A stretch of 58,126 bases of DNA, filler included, from Sphacelaria rigidula (Eukaryota): the NCBI GenBank assembly GCA_964200075.2. It is 4 parts of 4 records of this genome, joined end to end, with 100 filler letters (N's around TTAATTAATTAA, not from the genome) between each part and the next. Parts side by side here need not be neighbours in the genome. Positions count along the whole stretch, not along the records: positions 29,119 to 43,575 come from CAXNAA020002234.1; positions 43,676 to 58,126 come from CAXNAA020002235.1; 2 more parts are not named here. One strand, written 5' to 3'. Shown piece by piece: positions 36,401-50,099 of the stretch. Position numbers and translations under genes: made by a program. Every line of letters begins with the position of its first letter. Within the stretch, counting starts at the first letter, position 1. Under the pieces are notes generated by a model that was not told the origin of the DNA, did not search any database, and saw only the letters and a program-made list of their open reading frames with translations.

Positions 36401-39400
36401 ATCTACTTGCAAGAAGAAATATATTCCGGACGGAGTCAAAAGCCATTCGAAATAGAAGAGGTGTGAGCAAAGGTCAGAGGGGCTGAGAGCACAGGCGGTG
36501 CAAGTGAAACGGTAAGGAGGGCAACTAACAAGCGGTCATGTGTACAGAAGAATGTGAGGATGAAATTCGGACATGCAAGACACCATATGGACCGACGAAT
36601 GCCAAATGAGCGAACGTCCACACCTTTACAAAATTCAGGTGAGCCTCTTTTCCTTTTTCCCAGACAACCTGTCGATGTCTCGTCTCCTGAAACCTTGCTT
36701 TGGGGTTGTTTTTGTCAGTCGGCCAACAGTTTTTACCAGCGCGATAATTGTCTGTGGGCCGTCATTGTACGGGTCAGTGGCACGAACTCTCATTTCCTAC
36801 GAGTTTCGAGGTTCCGATTTAGCACTCATTCTCCCCTTCGCCACAATGATCAGCCTAATGTGCAGAGGCGTCCACGTTTCTATTCGGTAATGCAGACTTC
36901 GGAACTTCCATCCGTTTTGTGCACGCGCGAGAGAGAATCGTAGGCCTTGATGGTCACATCTATCAGACAGATTATGAATCGTGCTGCGTGCGGGTTCTTT
37001 CGCATTCCTTGAGCACTACGTCTTTCGAGCCATACCTAACTCCAACTGTGGCGAAAAGCAAATGGGACTTCGAAACGCTCCGCGTCGATGGTCGTCTTGT
37101 CGCTCGCGCTGGAGTCCGCTGTAGATGGGATATATGTCTCGCAGCCTCCCGGCGTTCACCCCGTCCTTTCCCGCGCGTCGGAAGGTTCTGGGGATTGCCT
37201 TTGAAGACGAAGGGGTGATACACACTGAGATGAAATAGACATGTCGCAGCTTGAGAATTGACGAAACCGAACTGAAGATGGTAGTAGTGTAGGCGTCAAT
37301 TGCAGTGTAGAATGTTCCATGTTGCCGCGAGCTTTTTCCTTCGCCTGAAGACGTTGTGGACTCCATTGTACGTTTCACCGGAAAAGTAACGTTAACAGAC
37401 GGGGTGTCGCTACAGACGGAAAGAGCCGCCGGGGCCAAATAGTGAGTGAAGAAAACTGAGAGCTAGAGGTATAGGAGTACGGCCTAGTGAAAGCGGAGAT
37501 GCACGTCAAAAGTACAGGGCAGGATGCTGCCATCTTGTGGCGGTTGGGGCTAGGTGAGGGTCCGTCGACCTATTCGGGCTTGAGCAAAATTTGTTTTCGT
37601 TTTGGTATTGAGAAAGCTCAGTCCTATTGATGTTTTTACCTTCGAGTTGATTATGGCCGAAGTGTGCGTCATCCGTGGAGGCTGCGGCTGCAGGAGGTTT
37701 CATGTGGGACTTGGCACCGGTTTTCGGCTCTGCCGAAGTAGACAAAGGTTGTATTTCGAGGCGTCATTCACTTGAGGTCGCACGTACCTTTCGTAGCCAT
37801 TGCGTGCGCCCTCCTTTGTTTTATTGTGACTTAGACTGTGGGATCCCATCGTATGTTTGAGGTCAATCACACATGGATACCTAGCTTATCCGATGACCAC
37901 GAGCAACAGAGGGAATATATGATTTCTGAGATCTTCCGCACGGAAAAACCTGTTCGCAACAACAAGGCCTAGGATCGGTACACTTTTTCGTATCACAAAC
38001 CTGTCGTTACTGTACGCAACATTTGAGGGGCTCTCAAAAATATGACCGACGGCTGCCTTGCGAGATCCACAGGGTACAACTGGAGGAACTGGTTCGCACG
38101 CGCGTGTCACTACCCACTAGTGTACCGAAGTATCTTCGGTGGCTACCTAGAGCGACATACAACGTAACATTTAGCGTAGAACTACCGAGTTCGGACGTGC
38201 GGGGACAACAATGATTAATTTACGCTGTTGCACTTGCTATATTTTCCCTGCTATTGCACCGTCCCCAGCGGAGTGTTATTAGAATAAGAACACGGTGCAC
38301 GCCTCCTTTTTTCTCACGCGCTACAGAAAAACAGGGTTCGCGAACGTTTGGTTTCTGGTAATGTAACCGCCATCCTGACAGGTGCGAGAGCTGAGCGACA
38401 CGCTCGCGGGCATGAAGGGAAACCTGAAACACCTAGACACCATGATGCGGACATGGGCCGGGCAGCCGCTATTCGAGCGGGGGGGCAAGACGTCCACGGT
38501 GGAAAATTTCGAGCAGATGCAGCAGACGGTAGTGACGCAGAGGTGGACCCAGATGGGCTCTTCTTTTCCGGAAAAAATGAAATATTTTGGTATTTTTAGC
38601 GTCATCACATAATTTCGGAACTTGTTGGATTGGGTTTGAAACTTTCCAAACCGTACTGTCCAGCACAACAACGAGTGGTAGGCTGGCCATTTGTTGTTAA
38701 TTGTTCATCGTTTTCTTTATTCTCTCTCGCTCTTCATCTCTTTCCGTTTTATTACTTTGTCACCATTTTCAGCATTTTTCATCGAGACCGACTATTCGTG
38801 TTCACATTCTCCTCTCCTCCCCCCTTTTTTTTCATTCCTTTCTGTACGGTCCGTCTCTCGGTTTTGTTCAGTTTACTCCGTTTGTCCTACCCATGTTTTC
38901 CTTGTCTTCTCTCGCTCTCGAGTTTGCCTCAGCACGTCTTTTCATTTCGGTTGCCTTGTGTACGCCTCTCTTGTGGACAATGTCCACGGATAAATCTCTC
39001 GGAGATCAGTCAATAAGCGACAATCAATCAAACAATCAATCGAATCAATCTACAGTACTACATCGCGATATGGGAGGGCAGCACAAACGTCTCCTGGGCC
39101 GGCGTACTGGAGGTAGATCCAGACTATCGCGCACTCGCACTAGTGCAGCTAGGACAAAGTTGCGTCTGAACGCGAGGCGATCCTCTTGCAGGCAATCGCC
39201 ACAAAATGTGAAAAAACATGTCATTGTTCTTTTTCACAGCATGAAAATACTCCCAGACAATGTTTGGCCAACAAAGTTCACCCCCGACCGCAGCTCGACT
39301 CCACTCTGTACAGAGCCCTAGACGTGTGCCTTGTGTATTGCACGAGCCGGCGTTGATGATAGGCACAGAGGTTGCTAACTCAGAAGCATGCTTGCCTAGC

Positions 39401-41000
39401 GGAAGGATTGAACCACGAGCCTCGGGTCGAAGCATTGACAGACATAGCCAACTGTTTGTGCTTCTGGACACACACTCGTGAAGGGGATGTCGCGCCGAAT
39501 TCGAGAGTTGCCGCGTCGAATGCTGGGACGAACGGCACTCTGATAATTGCTGAAGCCGTTTTTATACGGAATAGAGGTGTCCTTGAACGTCTAGTCGCAT
39601 AGATGATACGCGACATATCGTGATTCAGTGGAAACTTGACCTGCGGGTAATGTCTTCGAGATTCAGCGGCACTAAACCGTCCTGCGGAAGTGCGTTACAC
39701 TAAATCAATATTGTCCGATAGGTGAGCTAAGACTTCCTGTATGACCTCAAATAGACGACGCCCTCGGCTGAGCAGGTAAGTCGGTAACCTTTCCACCCGC
39801 GCACTTAGAAGCTTCGCGCATGCGTGCTCTAAGGCACCATGGATATACCGGCGTTGTCTAGCCGAATGCGCAGTCCACGAACAGCAGGAATATTGTTTGT
39901 TGTTGAAAACTGTCGCCCTAACGTCATCGTAGGTGCACCGCCATTCGGGAGGGCGGGTTAGATCTTCACAAGCTTCTGAAGGATACCAACCGCAAGCTCA
40001 AAGTCTCGGCCGGTCTTCCTGACTGGAAAAATTACGTCGATTTCTTCAATTCACTGGTAAGTCTACGTAGTTTAGGCGTAGCGAGCGCGATAACATCCAG
40101 CAGCTTGCTCGTTACAAACACGTGCCGATGGACTCCTAAGATATGCTCGTGTGTGTATGTTGGGGGAGGTGTACTCACGATCATGCATGCCATAGTCATA
40201 AGACCATGTTGGGGGGGGGGGGGGACTTTGGTGCGGGGGGGGAAAGATGAAAAAGCTAAGTGGGAAAAAAAGGGGAGACACGGTATAAGGGTTGAAGAGG
40301 AAACACATGGAANNNNNNNNNNTAACTGTGGCTGTGTGTGGGAGGGGGGGGGTGGTCACCACCCGGCCCTGCACTCCGACATGATAATGCCGGGGGGGGG
40401 GGGGGGGGGGACTTTGCTACGACGTGTTCAATATGACACATCTACGTGGGAAAACAAAGTGTGACCCGTTTTCAGGTTTTAGACGGATACCCCTGGAACC
40501 CATTTTCTCCTCAAGATGCTTGTTGAAAGGTGCATCCTCAGCGACGGTCACACATTGAGCATTCCCTCACCAGCACGAGGAGTGTCCCCTTTTCCCATTG
40601 CATTCATGTTGTACTTCAAATCACCCCACGTTTTCGCGACGAGACCGTAATCTCAATGGACCAACCGATATCTCCTCCTGTAGTTGCCCCAGTGCTATGG
40701 AGTGCTGGATAAGTAGTCCCTCCGTCCACCGATATTCACTGAATTTTTCTATGCTTCGCTGGACACATATAAGTGTACACCTGCATTTTCTCCCCCTCTC
40801 CAATCTACTCCCGACATATACCTTACTCAATACTAGGAATGCATTGCCCACGCTGTTATTGTTGTCAGGTGGTTTCCGGGTTGATCAAAGTAGTGGCTGT
40901 TTCGCTAGCAACCTTGAACCAGCAGATGAGCTCAGCCTATATAGCCAAGCAACAGCTTGCGCCGATGCTGGAGCTGGAGATGCATCTCGCTGGGGGCAAG
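30402..41000 (+). CDS. Axonemal dynein heavy chain, N-terminal tail region (outer-arm beta / DNAH9-11-17-like); partial, 9 exons, 352 codons
   Basis: Exons 30402-30491, 31056-31129, 32460-32577, 33755-33859, 34303-34402, 34620-34771, 38382-38542, 39933-40056 and 40869-41000 are all GT-AG and phase-consistent. Peptides include KLKNPLL, LHVNFDPLIVRLLREVKYF, TLLPVERPLL, LNWRSTGI, WAGQPLFER and PDWKNYVDF. The subfamily is an inference. Confidence 0.92.
32850..33071. mobile_element. MITE, 222 bp, Sola-like, in a dynein intron
   Basis: TIRs gagtcatgctacga / tcgtagcatgactc; the flanks aaca and aaga look like a 4-bp TSD with one mismatch. Confidence 0.75.
38990..39050 (+). repeat. (AATC)n-tailed retroposon 3' end; family members at ~43795-43850 (+), ~45570-45640 (-), ~48105-48175 (-), ~48820-48890 (-)
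   Basis: Shared gatcagt....gcgacaatcaatc tail; three copies also share accacggctgga. Confidence 0.65.
40167..40210. repeat. Interspersed motif (ggtcttatgactatggcatgcatgatcgtgagtacacc), probably a transposon end; also at ~16670, ~28095, ~47326
   Basis: Four similar copies across three unrelated contigs, in both orientations. Confidence 0.7.
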
Positions 41001-41719
41001 GTGTGTCTGATTTAACGTTAGATTTACGCAGGTGTCGAGCGAGAAGCTGTTTTTTGGGGGTCTATATAATGGCGATAGCATCATTGGATCGTATCTGATG
41101 GAATGTATTAGAGCTTTTTTGTTGGTGCTATAGCAATGTCAAGCGAGGGAGAAAAACCCGCAAGTTAAACGGGTTTTCGCGGTCGGCAGGGTGTGCACTT
41201 GAAAATATGTCATCGCTCACTGAAGGACAGGGCGTCGCTTGACTAAAATCAGGCTCTTTCTGATGTTTTCGTAAATCTAGTAGCGGTCAGGTTGTTGGTG
41301 CGAAGGCTCGTTTTCATGTTCGACTATCTTCACAATTTCTCGCGTCACAGCTGAAAACCGAAGTATGCGCTCATACAGGTTTGTTGAGAACGGTCTTGAA
41401 TCTGTGGGTGTGACGTATACTTCCTCTGTCCCATAAGTCTGGTCGGTCATGTTTTTACAAGCCCTTACCCGTGTCCGATCTGGTGTCCGATGTTTTTTTT
41501 CGATTTCTCGGCTGTTTTTTCAGTTACAAGGGTATATACTTCGTATTGTTTTGGAGCTCGCTGTTGAACGATGCGGCCGAACGGCCGCAAAAACGTCAGT
41601 CGATCCAGAAATGGCCGTATTTCGCCCCTTTCTCAGGGGCAAAAAAAGTGTCAGAAAAATATCACTGGTCGATCGAGGAAATTCCCGGTCGTCCCGTCCA
41701 CCTGATCGCAGATGAGGTC

Positions 41720-42140
41720 GATTCGGCGAAGATTCTGAGCAGGGTAAAGGGGGGGGGGGGGTTGGTGCGACGAGACACCTTTGTCGCCCCTTCTTTGTTG
41801 AACTACCGCCGCACGGTCTCCGTACCGTCATCCAGCCCGGTGTCTTTCAGCTGATCGGACACCCACCGGAGCGTAAATGACGGATTCTGCTCGTTGACGT
41901 TCTTCAGCGCTGCATCCCTTGTTGGCGTGAGAAGCGGCGGGCGTCCAGTCCTTGTGTTGTTCGAAAGGTCGACCTCCTGGGTAGCATTCATCTGGGCTAT
42001 TTTTCCACAATTTCGTCGGGTACGCGGGACCAACACCGTAGCGCTCGCAGCCTTCCCTCAGCGAGCCCTTGGGTACCCTCACTTTGCCCGGTGGATTAGC
42101 GAGCGCAACCTCCATCGCACTCGTATAGCGGCGACTCAAT
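41720..42140 (-). pseudogene. Tc1/mariner-like transposase N-terminal (HTH) remnant
   Basis: Across a frameshift: ERYGVGPAYPTKLWK / DLSNNTRTGRPPLLTPT...SFTLRWVSDQL...ETVRR*...RRTNP. No DDD/E domain was seen. Confidence 0.65.
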
Positions 42141-43430
42141 TGTAGGTCGCCACCCGTACGGCGAGGGGGGGGTACTCGAGGGCAAGTTCATCGTATAATG
42201 ATGTCTGTGGTCTACGTGCGGGATGTTCAACACGAATTCTCAAAGTAATTCTAGGAACAATTCTCAGAAGAATTCTATAAACAAACGACCAAAATGGGGT
42301 ATATTCTCACCTGATTTTGGTATTGAAAACTGTTTTTGTTTTCTTCATCAACTTCGTATGCGCTTTATCTTTAATTTAGAATACAACTATAAGGCCATCG
42401 TCAAGGCCGTTGCGCCAAAACAAGAAACCGTCCATAACCTACCGAACTTATGGGACAAAGCAAGTATTTGCTATGCGGAAGCGCAAGCGTTGGATGTGAA
42501 GGTATCGCAGTATTCAGATGTATGAAGGTAGTGCTGAGGGTCTACACCCGGTCTTGTGCACCGCAGAATACTAACTGGAAGATGACAGAATCGCTTTTTT
42601 GCGGGGACAGATGGCAGTACACGAGCGCATATACGCACTTATCCATGCAAAGGTAACCGCACCCCCAACTCACGTATAGACATATGAAGCAGCGCACAGC
42701 CCTTTTCGCTGTGTAGTATCAGCCTCCTACCTGATTCGGTTGCCATGGATGCCCGCTTGTGAATATCTGAAATCAGTCTTGAGTCGTATCCTTCCACGTA
42801 GTACAAAACCAAAATCGCGAAAGCTCAAATTAGCTTCCTGTGGTATGTTTTACGCCTTCACGGTCAGGCACTCATCATAATTTTCACAGAATGACGACCA
42901 TTGTTACAACTGTCACATGACCCTCAGCCAAAAGCAAAATCCTCTTCTTCACGTCTGACCGAAATCGCATGGTTCGTAGCTCGGCATTGGGCACGGATAG
43001 TGCCACACTTACGAGTAGCAGTGGCGGCAGAGCTACCACTGGGGTTTGAGCGAAACAAGTAGAAACAACGAGATAGTCACACACGAGATGGCACGCTGAG
43101 GCATTCCAAGCTTTGCTCTTGCTTTGGTACTAGAATCACCACAATGTTCAATCTTGGCACCTCGGGCGCGGGCAACAGCAGTGCTGATTGGATATTACCC
43201 AATACCTGATCCCCGAGCTACCCAGTGGTGGTCACAAGATGTGTGTATCTCAGGTAACCAAGACGACAACGCTAGCTGTATAAAATGAAATAATAAAAAT
43301 AAACAAAGAAAAATGTTACAGAGCGATGACGCTGGCGTTGATTTGTCTTTTTCGCTTCCTTTGCTTTCCTGCCTCTTCTCTTCTTTCCTTTTTTCTCCTT
43401 CTCCTTCTCCTTCTCCTCTCCTCTCCTCTT

Positions 43431-43525
43431 CCCTTCCCTTCCCTTCCCTTCCCTTCCCTTCCCTTCCCTTCCCTTCCCTTCCCTTCCCTTCCCTTCCCTT
43501 CCCTTCCCTTCCCTTCCCTTCCCTT
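43431..43525. repeat. (CCCTT)n microsatellite at contig end
   Basis: Perfect pentamer run. Confidence 0.97.
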
Positions 43526-43575
43526 TTCTTCTCTTCTCTTCTTTTCTGTTCCTTTTCCTTTCCGTTCCTTTTACT

Positions 43576-43675
43576 NNNNNNNNNNNNNNNNNNNNNNNNN
43601 NNNNNNNNNNNNNNNNNNNTTAATTAATTAANNNNNNNNNNNNNNNNNNNNNNNNNNNNNNNNNNNNNNNNNNNN
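43576..43675. other. Artificial contig spacer
   Basis: Same 100-bp linker. Confidence 0.97.
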
Positions 43676-46065
43676 ATTCGGTAAACCTGAGAAGTTGTGG
43701 TTTTCTCTGGAAGTGTTCTCTTTACAGCTGGCCCAGCTCGTATATAATGCCAGAGCGTGTTTCAGTTTCGTTTTTCTTCGGTACGTCTGTCATGAGACCA
43801 CGGCTGGACCCTGGGGGATCAGTTAAAATGCGACAATTAATCAACTAAAAAAAAAATGCAGGGGCAAGATATGGGCGAATTGCAGGTGAGGCAATCGCCG
43901 AAATTTTCACCTGCAAGCTCTGCTCCAGTGCACTATAAGTTGATATTGCTAGGACACTTCCACAACCACCTTGCCGGGTGCCAGACTGTCACATACTCTC
44001 AAGACGTAGGATCCGCTAGCATTGCTACTGTTTGTACGGGGGGTTGTTGGGGGTGTTGCCCCCTCGTCAGGTACGGATTGGAGCCTGATACTCGATGTAG
44101 AGCATCCTTTTATGTGGGCACGAAACGCTGGGGGTTCTTACTCAAGACTTCGATTTGGAGGATGATACTAGGTGGGCAGCGGCAACTGCTGTTTGTCCAG
44201 GTCCTCGTTGGAGCAGGGTGCGTTTGGTGACCGTTTGACGAAGTTATCCCCCCCAAAACGAAATCGATAGGGGTTGTAGAGTGGAAAAATCTAGCAAGAA
44301 AACTATCGCAAGAATCAGGTCGCAAGAATCCTGACACAAAAACAGAGTCGAAAAAAACAGTTAGTCGAATTTTTACCTGCAGCAGAAACCAACTTCACTT
44401 CGTGGAATCGGAACTGGAACTCTTCTCGATACTTATGCCTTTTTTTCGTGCCGTAAGGCGGACCCCAGGTGCGCAAACCGTATGTAAATTTGGGAGGGTT
44501 TACACGTCCATAAGTGGGTTCAAAAGACACCCATTAGTTACGGTGGTGGTTCAACTCTTGGACTGGCAACCTTCTCAGGAAAAGTCGGCAAGCGATAGAG
44601 TTAACTTCGATTCCAAAAGCAAGAGTACCACGAGGAAAGGTATACCACCATCACGTCCAACGTTGACGAGCTAGGTGACGTGCTACACCTACCGCTTCAC
44701 AACAGGTGCGGGGACTAAAGCTGTACACTCACTCAGCCTTTACACTACGGGTGCTCCAATGCTAGCAGGTGAGACGTGCTTCCCGCAGGCTATTTTCAGT
44801 CACTCATATGGAGAATCGCAAGGTAGTGGCGTCGGTGCTGTTCCGCTCGTAGGGTCGCCACTTCTCGAAGATCGTGTGACTTGTCACAGTTGGAACCGGT
44901 GTTGGAGCTTTTATCACCGTGCGTGACCATGGGCGATCCGTGCTACCGACATACGCTCGACGCCTTCAAAGCAATCCCATTACACTTGTGCGATATAGCT
45001 TTGATCCACACAGTCCCATAGAGGTGATGCCAATAAATTCAAGACGAACGCTTTTTCATTCATGACTCTACATGCATGCTCCTTGGAGCATATTCCCCAA
45101 CAGCTCCTAGTCACTGCAAGAGTTTCGTCGACGAAAACCAGACACAAAAATGTTCCCACATGACTGACTGCAACATTAACGTGAATCGACGAACCTAGCG
45201 GTGGTGGATACCTTTTGCTAGAACGTGAAACCCTCAACTATCACTATATATTTGTAGAAACAGACCGCCGACATCACTGATGGTGGCTCTGTGGATCTAA
45301 CGACCTCTCAAGCACCAGGTCACGTGGGACTTCCAGGTTTGTCGCCCCCACCCGTCGTCGGCAGAATACAGCACGCTACCTCCGTGTCCACCACGCTCGG
45401 TGGACCCTCTATCATTCCGACTAACTTCGACATTGCCTGTTCATCGAAATGGGAAGCACAGGGTAGGATTGACACTCAGGGTCATTTCGGACACGTGCTT
45501 GATGGTGTCGTTTAGGAAAACCTTCCGGACAGTTTTCTCCCTTTTGGATTGAAGAGCGTTCAGGTGATTTGATTGATTGACTGCTTGTCGCACTTCAACT
45601 GACCACCCCTAGGTCCAGCCGTGGTCGCATGATAGACGTACCCAAGAAAAGCAAGTGGGCGATTGTTTTTCGAAAGTATCGACGGGGGGGTAAACCTCCG
45701 CCAGAGACACGTGGCTACGTTTCATAGCATCTTGGGGAAACTATCGAAGACGGTGGATGTTGGCAAGCAGTCCTGCAGTGGACAGCAAAACTCACACTAG
45801 GACAGCTTTGAACTTGTTGGCCTGAATCCCTTGAAGCCAATAGTACCATAGTGCGCAGTCACAATCTAGAAGTGGATCATCGAACAGTTTTCAACTCTCG
45901 CAAGCACACCTTGTGGCGGCAAGGACAAGAATATCGTCTGCTGCTTCAAGGGCAACTTTAAGGGCAACCCCACGTCGCTTTTCTCGAGAACCATCGACGG
46001 CATTCTGCTGCTCCATCTTGTCGACACCTACCGATATGGGCGCGCCACCACGTATGCAGCCTCAC

Positions 46066-46573
46066 CTCCTTGTAGCGTGGGTCCGCGACAGCTGTCTCCA
46101 GTGCCCCCCACGACTCCCATAATGTCAAGGAATGTACTGTGCCTGCAGCCCGGTTCGAGAATACTTGCGCTCCACAAAAACCCTCCACCTGAGCCGCAAA
46201 ATTTCGCGCACCAGATATCAAGTATCCACACACGTAAAATCAGAGCAGGTGAAATACGAATTCGGAACGGCAGGGGAAGCTTGCTAGCGATAGCAACGAC
46301 GGCAACAGCGACGCAAAGGCTACCGTCGCAAGCAATGGGATCCGAAATGGGTCCGGTGGTCCAGAGCATGCGATGCGGCCAGGTCTTCCCGACGGCCCTT
46401 CAAAGAGCGTAGTGTGACAATGCAAAATACACAATATCTCAACAGTCCCACGTTATGTGTCTGGAGACACATAACATGCTCGCTCACCTGAAGGACGGGA
46501 GAAATCGACGTCTTGTACAGGTGAATCACGAGTGAAATGTTGGCCTTCTCAACCTTTACCGTCGCCAATCGCG
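46066..46573 (-). CDS. Two exons of a protein with an ABM-like (dimeric alpha/beta barrel) domain; partial
   Basis: Exons 46573-46488 (RLATVKVEKANISLVIHLYKTSISPVLQ) and 46188-46066 (VEGFCGAQVFSNRAAGTVHSLTLWESWGALETAVADPRYKE) have GT-AG boundaries and a phase-0 join. The P....GF.G...TLWES..AL pattern is typical of the ABM superfamily. Confidence 0.65.
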
Positions 46574-49500
46574 CTGCATGCCAGGCACCAGGCGTGTCAA
46601 CAACAACAAAAAGCCATGGCGCAAACAGGGTAAGGCGATACGTTGTTCATCCTTTTTGATGCTACCGTCACCATGTCTCATTGGTCGCACGCTAGCCGAT
46701 TCCTCAGACTCGTGGTCGGCGGCACATGTGAAATCCAGAGGTGGGAAAGGGATTCGGTACACAAAGTCAGAAGAGTACAGTACAATACCAGACACAACAG
46801 GTCAAGACTGCAAACAACAACAGGGGTTTGTGTGTTTTCCTGAAACATCTTCATCTCCCCCAAGGATTGACGTCGGTTTGGAACGGCGCACTAAAACACG
46901 CCACTCAATGCGTAAGATAGGCAACCAGGATGACGTTTTTTTTCTCGCTTGCGTTTTTTTGCGGTGATCGTGATGGCGGGAGAGTTAGAACTTATTGTGC
47001 GGGATGGGGAGAACATTGTGTCCGCAAAAGGGGATGATCGCACCACGTAGTTTCCAACCGGTGACAGACCTATGGGGCAGTGCAACCCGTAGCTGTCTCT
47101 AAAAGTAGGCGATGTCAGCAGACGAAGCAACTCATTCGAGGCTGTCATCCATATGCAACATAACGAGTACGCTTCGGGCCGAACAATCTTAGCAGAATGT
47201 AGATCAACCCTTCATACGACTCGCCGAACACACCACGGCGTTTCGCGCTTGGTGGTTCGAGTGCGACCCTGGTCCGGTGAAAACCCGGCGTGCTCCATCT
47301 CGGCCTTGCAGGGATGCGAGGTCAATGGTCTCATGACTACGGCATGCAAGATCATCAGTACACCCCCCCTTTCCCTGTTTTCGTGGCAAAAACCGTTCTC
47401 TCTTCGCAATCCCCACGTTTCTCAACTTCACAAAAATCACGCTCGAACTCAGCGCGGCCATTTTCATCAAAAAATGAACTTGGAAACAAATCACGGAGTG
47501 ACAGATGAGTACACAGCAACTACGCGAAGCAGCCACCATTGCACTTGGATGTTCGTGGGTGATATATGGTATATGTTATCGGGCCACGACGTTCGAGATG
47601 CAAGATACGAGCCCTCTCGAACTAGAGAGATAACAATCCAATAAATGAAGGCCAACGGGTTCAACAATTGTTTCAATTCGTCAGGCATAGATCCTGGAGG
47701 GTGACACTGAAATAAATGGGACACCAGCTCCGGTGTACGGCGAACCGAAGCTCCACGGTATGTTCACCACTCCGACATTACCACACTAGAGACGTATCCC
47801 GACACGCTCAACGGGTAACCCCGGGCTTGACTACGAACACAGCGAGTCGATACATGCGCAGCAACTGGTTCAAGAACATACGAGAAATATCCCATCTTGA
47901 ACATCTTAGAAGATCGGTAATACATTTTCCCACGATAAAGTGGTCCACTCAAAATATCCAATCCCTCTGGTGCGTGGCAACAGGGAGAGCACCAAACAGC
48001 AGGACCTGGTTATTATAAAATATGGAGACGAAGAACTCTTGCGTGTGATTGCAAGGCGAAAAACTCCGCTCCTGGCCCCTGAGCCAGCGAGATGTGATTG
48101 ATCATTTGATTAATTGATTGTCGCACTTGAACTGACCCACAAGGAATCCAGCCGTGGTCGCATGATAGACGTCATGACACAACAAAACTGAACAACTACA
48201 GCGAGTGAAAGCCCGAAAGACTGTAGTCCTATTATGCATCAACTGCGGCTTGACTGACCACAAGACGCCTCTCCAGCAAGGATGGTTGAGCTGGAACTGG
48301 CCCGCTTCGCCGTTGACGCGTTGTCATAGACTCCAGCGTCATGCCAAAACTCTTCCTCCGATGGCTTGAGATTTTGCCGTCCTTCTGGCACACCCTCGCC
48401 CTTTTCCCGGGGAACGCGAGATTTCAGTCGTCGCTCCAGCGAGCTATGAGCGGAAGGGTCAACGGTTGCACAGGAGCGAAGGGTATTTGGTGCTTTAGAA
48501 ATTCAATACTGGGGAGGAGAAGAAGGAACTCGTGGAGAGACATCATGATGTTTATGATTGAACTAACTTTTGGGACACCAGGATGAGGGTGGCAAGTGGT
48601 CATTCGAACTCGAAGGGTAAGATGATTGTTGCTGTGTGCGTGACTGGCACAGAGATCTCTCGACACAAACTTGAAGTCGTGGCCTTGAGCTTGAGTGGCG
48701 TACCAAATAGGTATGCTTGCGATCACACTGTGCTGTCACGTGGACGGTGACGGAGTCATGAGTGAGGTGGTGGAGTTGTAACATCATTATTTCTCTCGAA
48801 GGCTTTTGAAGCATTTGAATGATTGTCGCACATTGGCTGATCCCCGGATAATCATAATCCAGTTGTGGTCATTAACCACAAAATCGACGTACCCAAGGTA
48901 ACAGGAAATCAAAACGCTCACAGGAAAAAAAATGGGCACACAACACCATACCCAACACGGAGAAACTGGGAACAAGAAAAACAGAGTCAAGACAAAAATA
49001 ATACAGAACGGAAAAAGGAACGGGGAGGAAATGAAAAAAAACAGAACAGGAGAAAGAGCAGTTAAAAACCGTTTCAGGTGAAAGAGAAACGGAAGTTACA
49101 CTAGAAATGGTGGGCCCCTGCAGCACGGCTTCAGGAAAAAAAGGCTGTACGCGAAAAATATGCACACACATGCACACGAAAAAAAACGTCGTGGAACTAC
49201 TTTGCGGCTTTGAAATTTCACCACACTATTTAGTTATGAGCTCTTACCACGAGTCCCACAGAAGCAGGGCAGAGCCACTGCTACTGTGTAACACTGGAGT
49301 TGGGAAGAGAGCAGAGACAACGAGACAGAGATGGAGAGCAGGTAAGAAGAGATGAGCAAATACGGAAGGAATGGAACCCAAGGACAAAGAAGAATGTGTA
49401 CAGGAACACAACCAGATACACAGCAAGGCCAAGGGGCAAGAAACAAGTCAACAACCGATTGCACGGGCAAGAATATTGACGAAATTGGACACGTTCTCCA

Positions 49501-50099
49501 TAAATAACTCCTTGGATTCCGAGCTATCCATTTGATTCCATTTGCGCCGATGCGAACCATTTCAAGCTTGATCCCCGAGTACGAACGTTCCTGCAATCAA
49601 CGTCAGTGTGCAGTGGTACAGGTGGGGTAACACAAACCACCCATACCCGTAGGCTCACTTGCTCGAAACACTGGTCATTTTGCTCAAGAGGATGCGAGGC
49701 GTACTTTCCCAGTATTCATCAGAGGGGCATACCTGCAAACAAAGAGCATGAGGGAACTACAGTAGTTTACCGACATTGTCGTGCACTGTACTCAAAACAT
49801 GGACGAGATCACAATTGTGGACAACTTTCATTGGCATATTAGTGGGTTCCCGATGACATCTTCTCCAGTACTTTTGCGAAGTTGGTGAGGGGACAACAGC
49901 GCCTGTGGTCAGACCCGCTGTAAATTGTAGAAAAACATTTCTTCCCATTGTTCACGCGTTTAGCCAGTAACAACGGGATGCGCATTTGCAACGCGATATA
50001 TTGTATTAATTCACAAACTTCGCGATGATAAAGTGCACGTGGAATTTGGAAAACTAAACAAAAGTGCTAACGAAACACCAGGTGTTTCTAGCGTTAAGC

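Noticed and set aside
49490-49731. Two candidate minus-strand exons upstream of the ABM-like exons
   Set aside because: Splice-like sites exist, but I could not join them in a stop-free phase.
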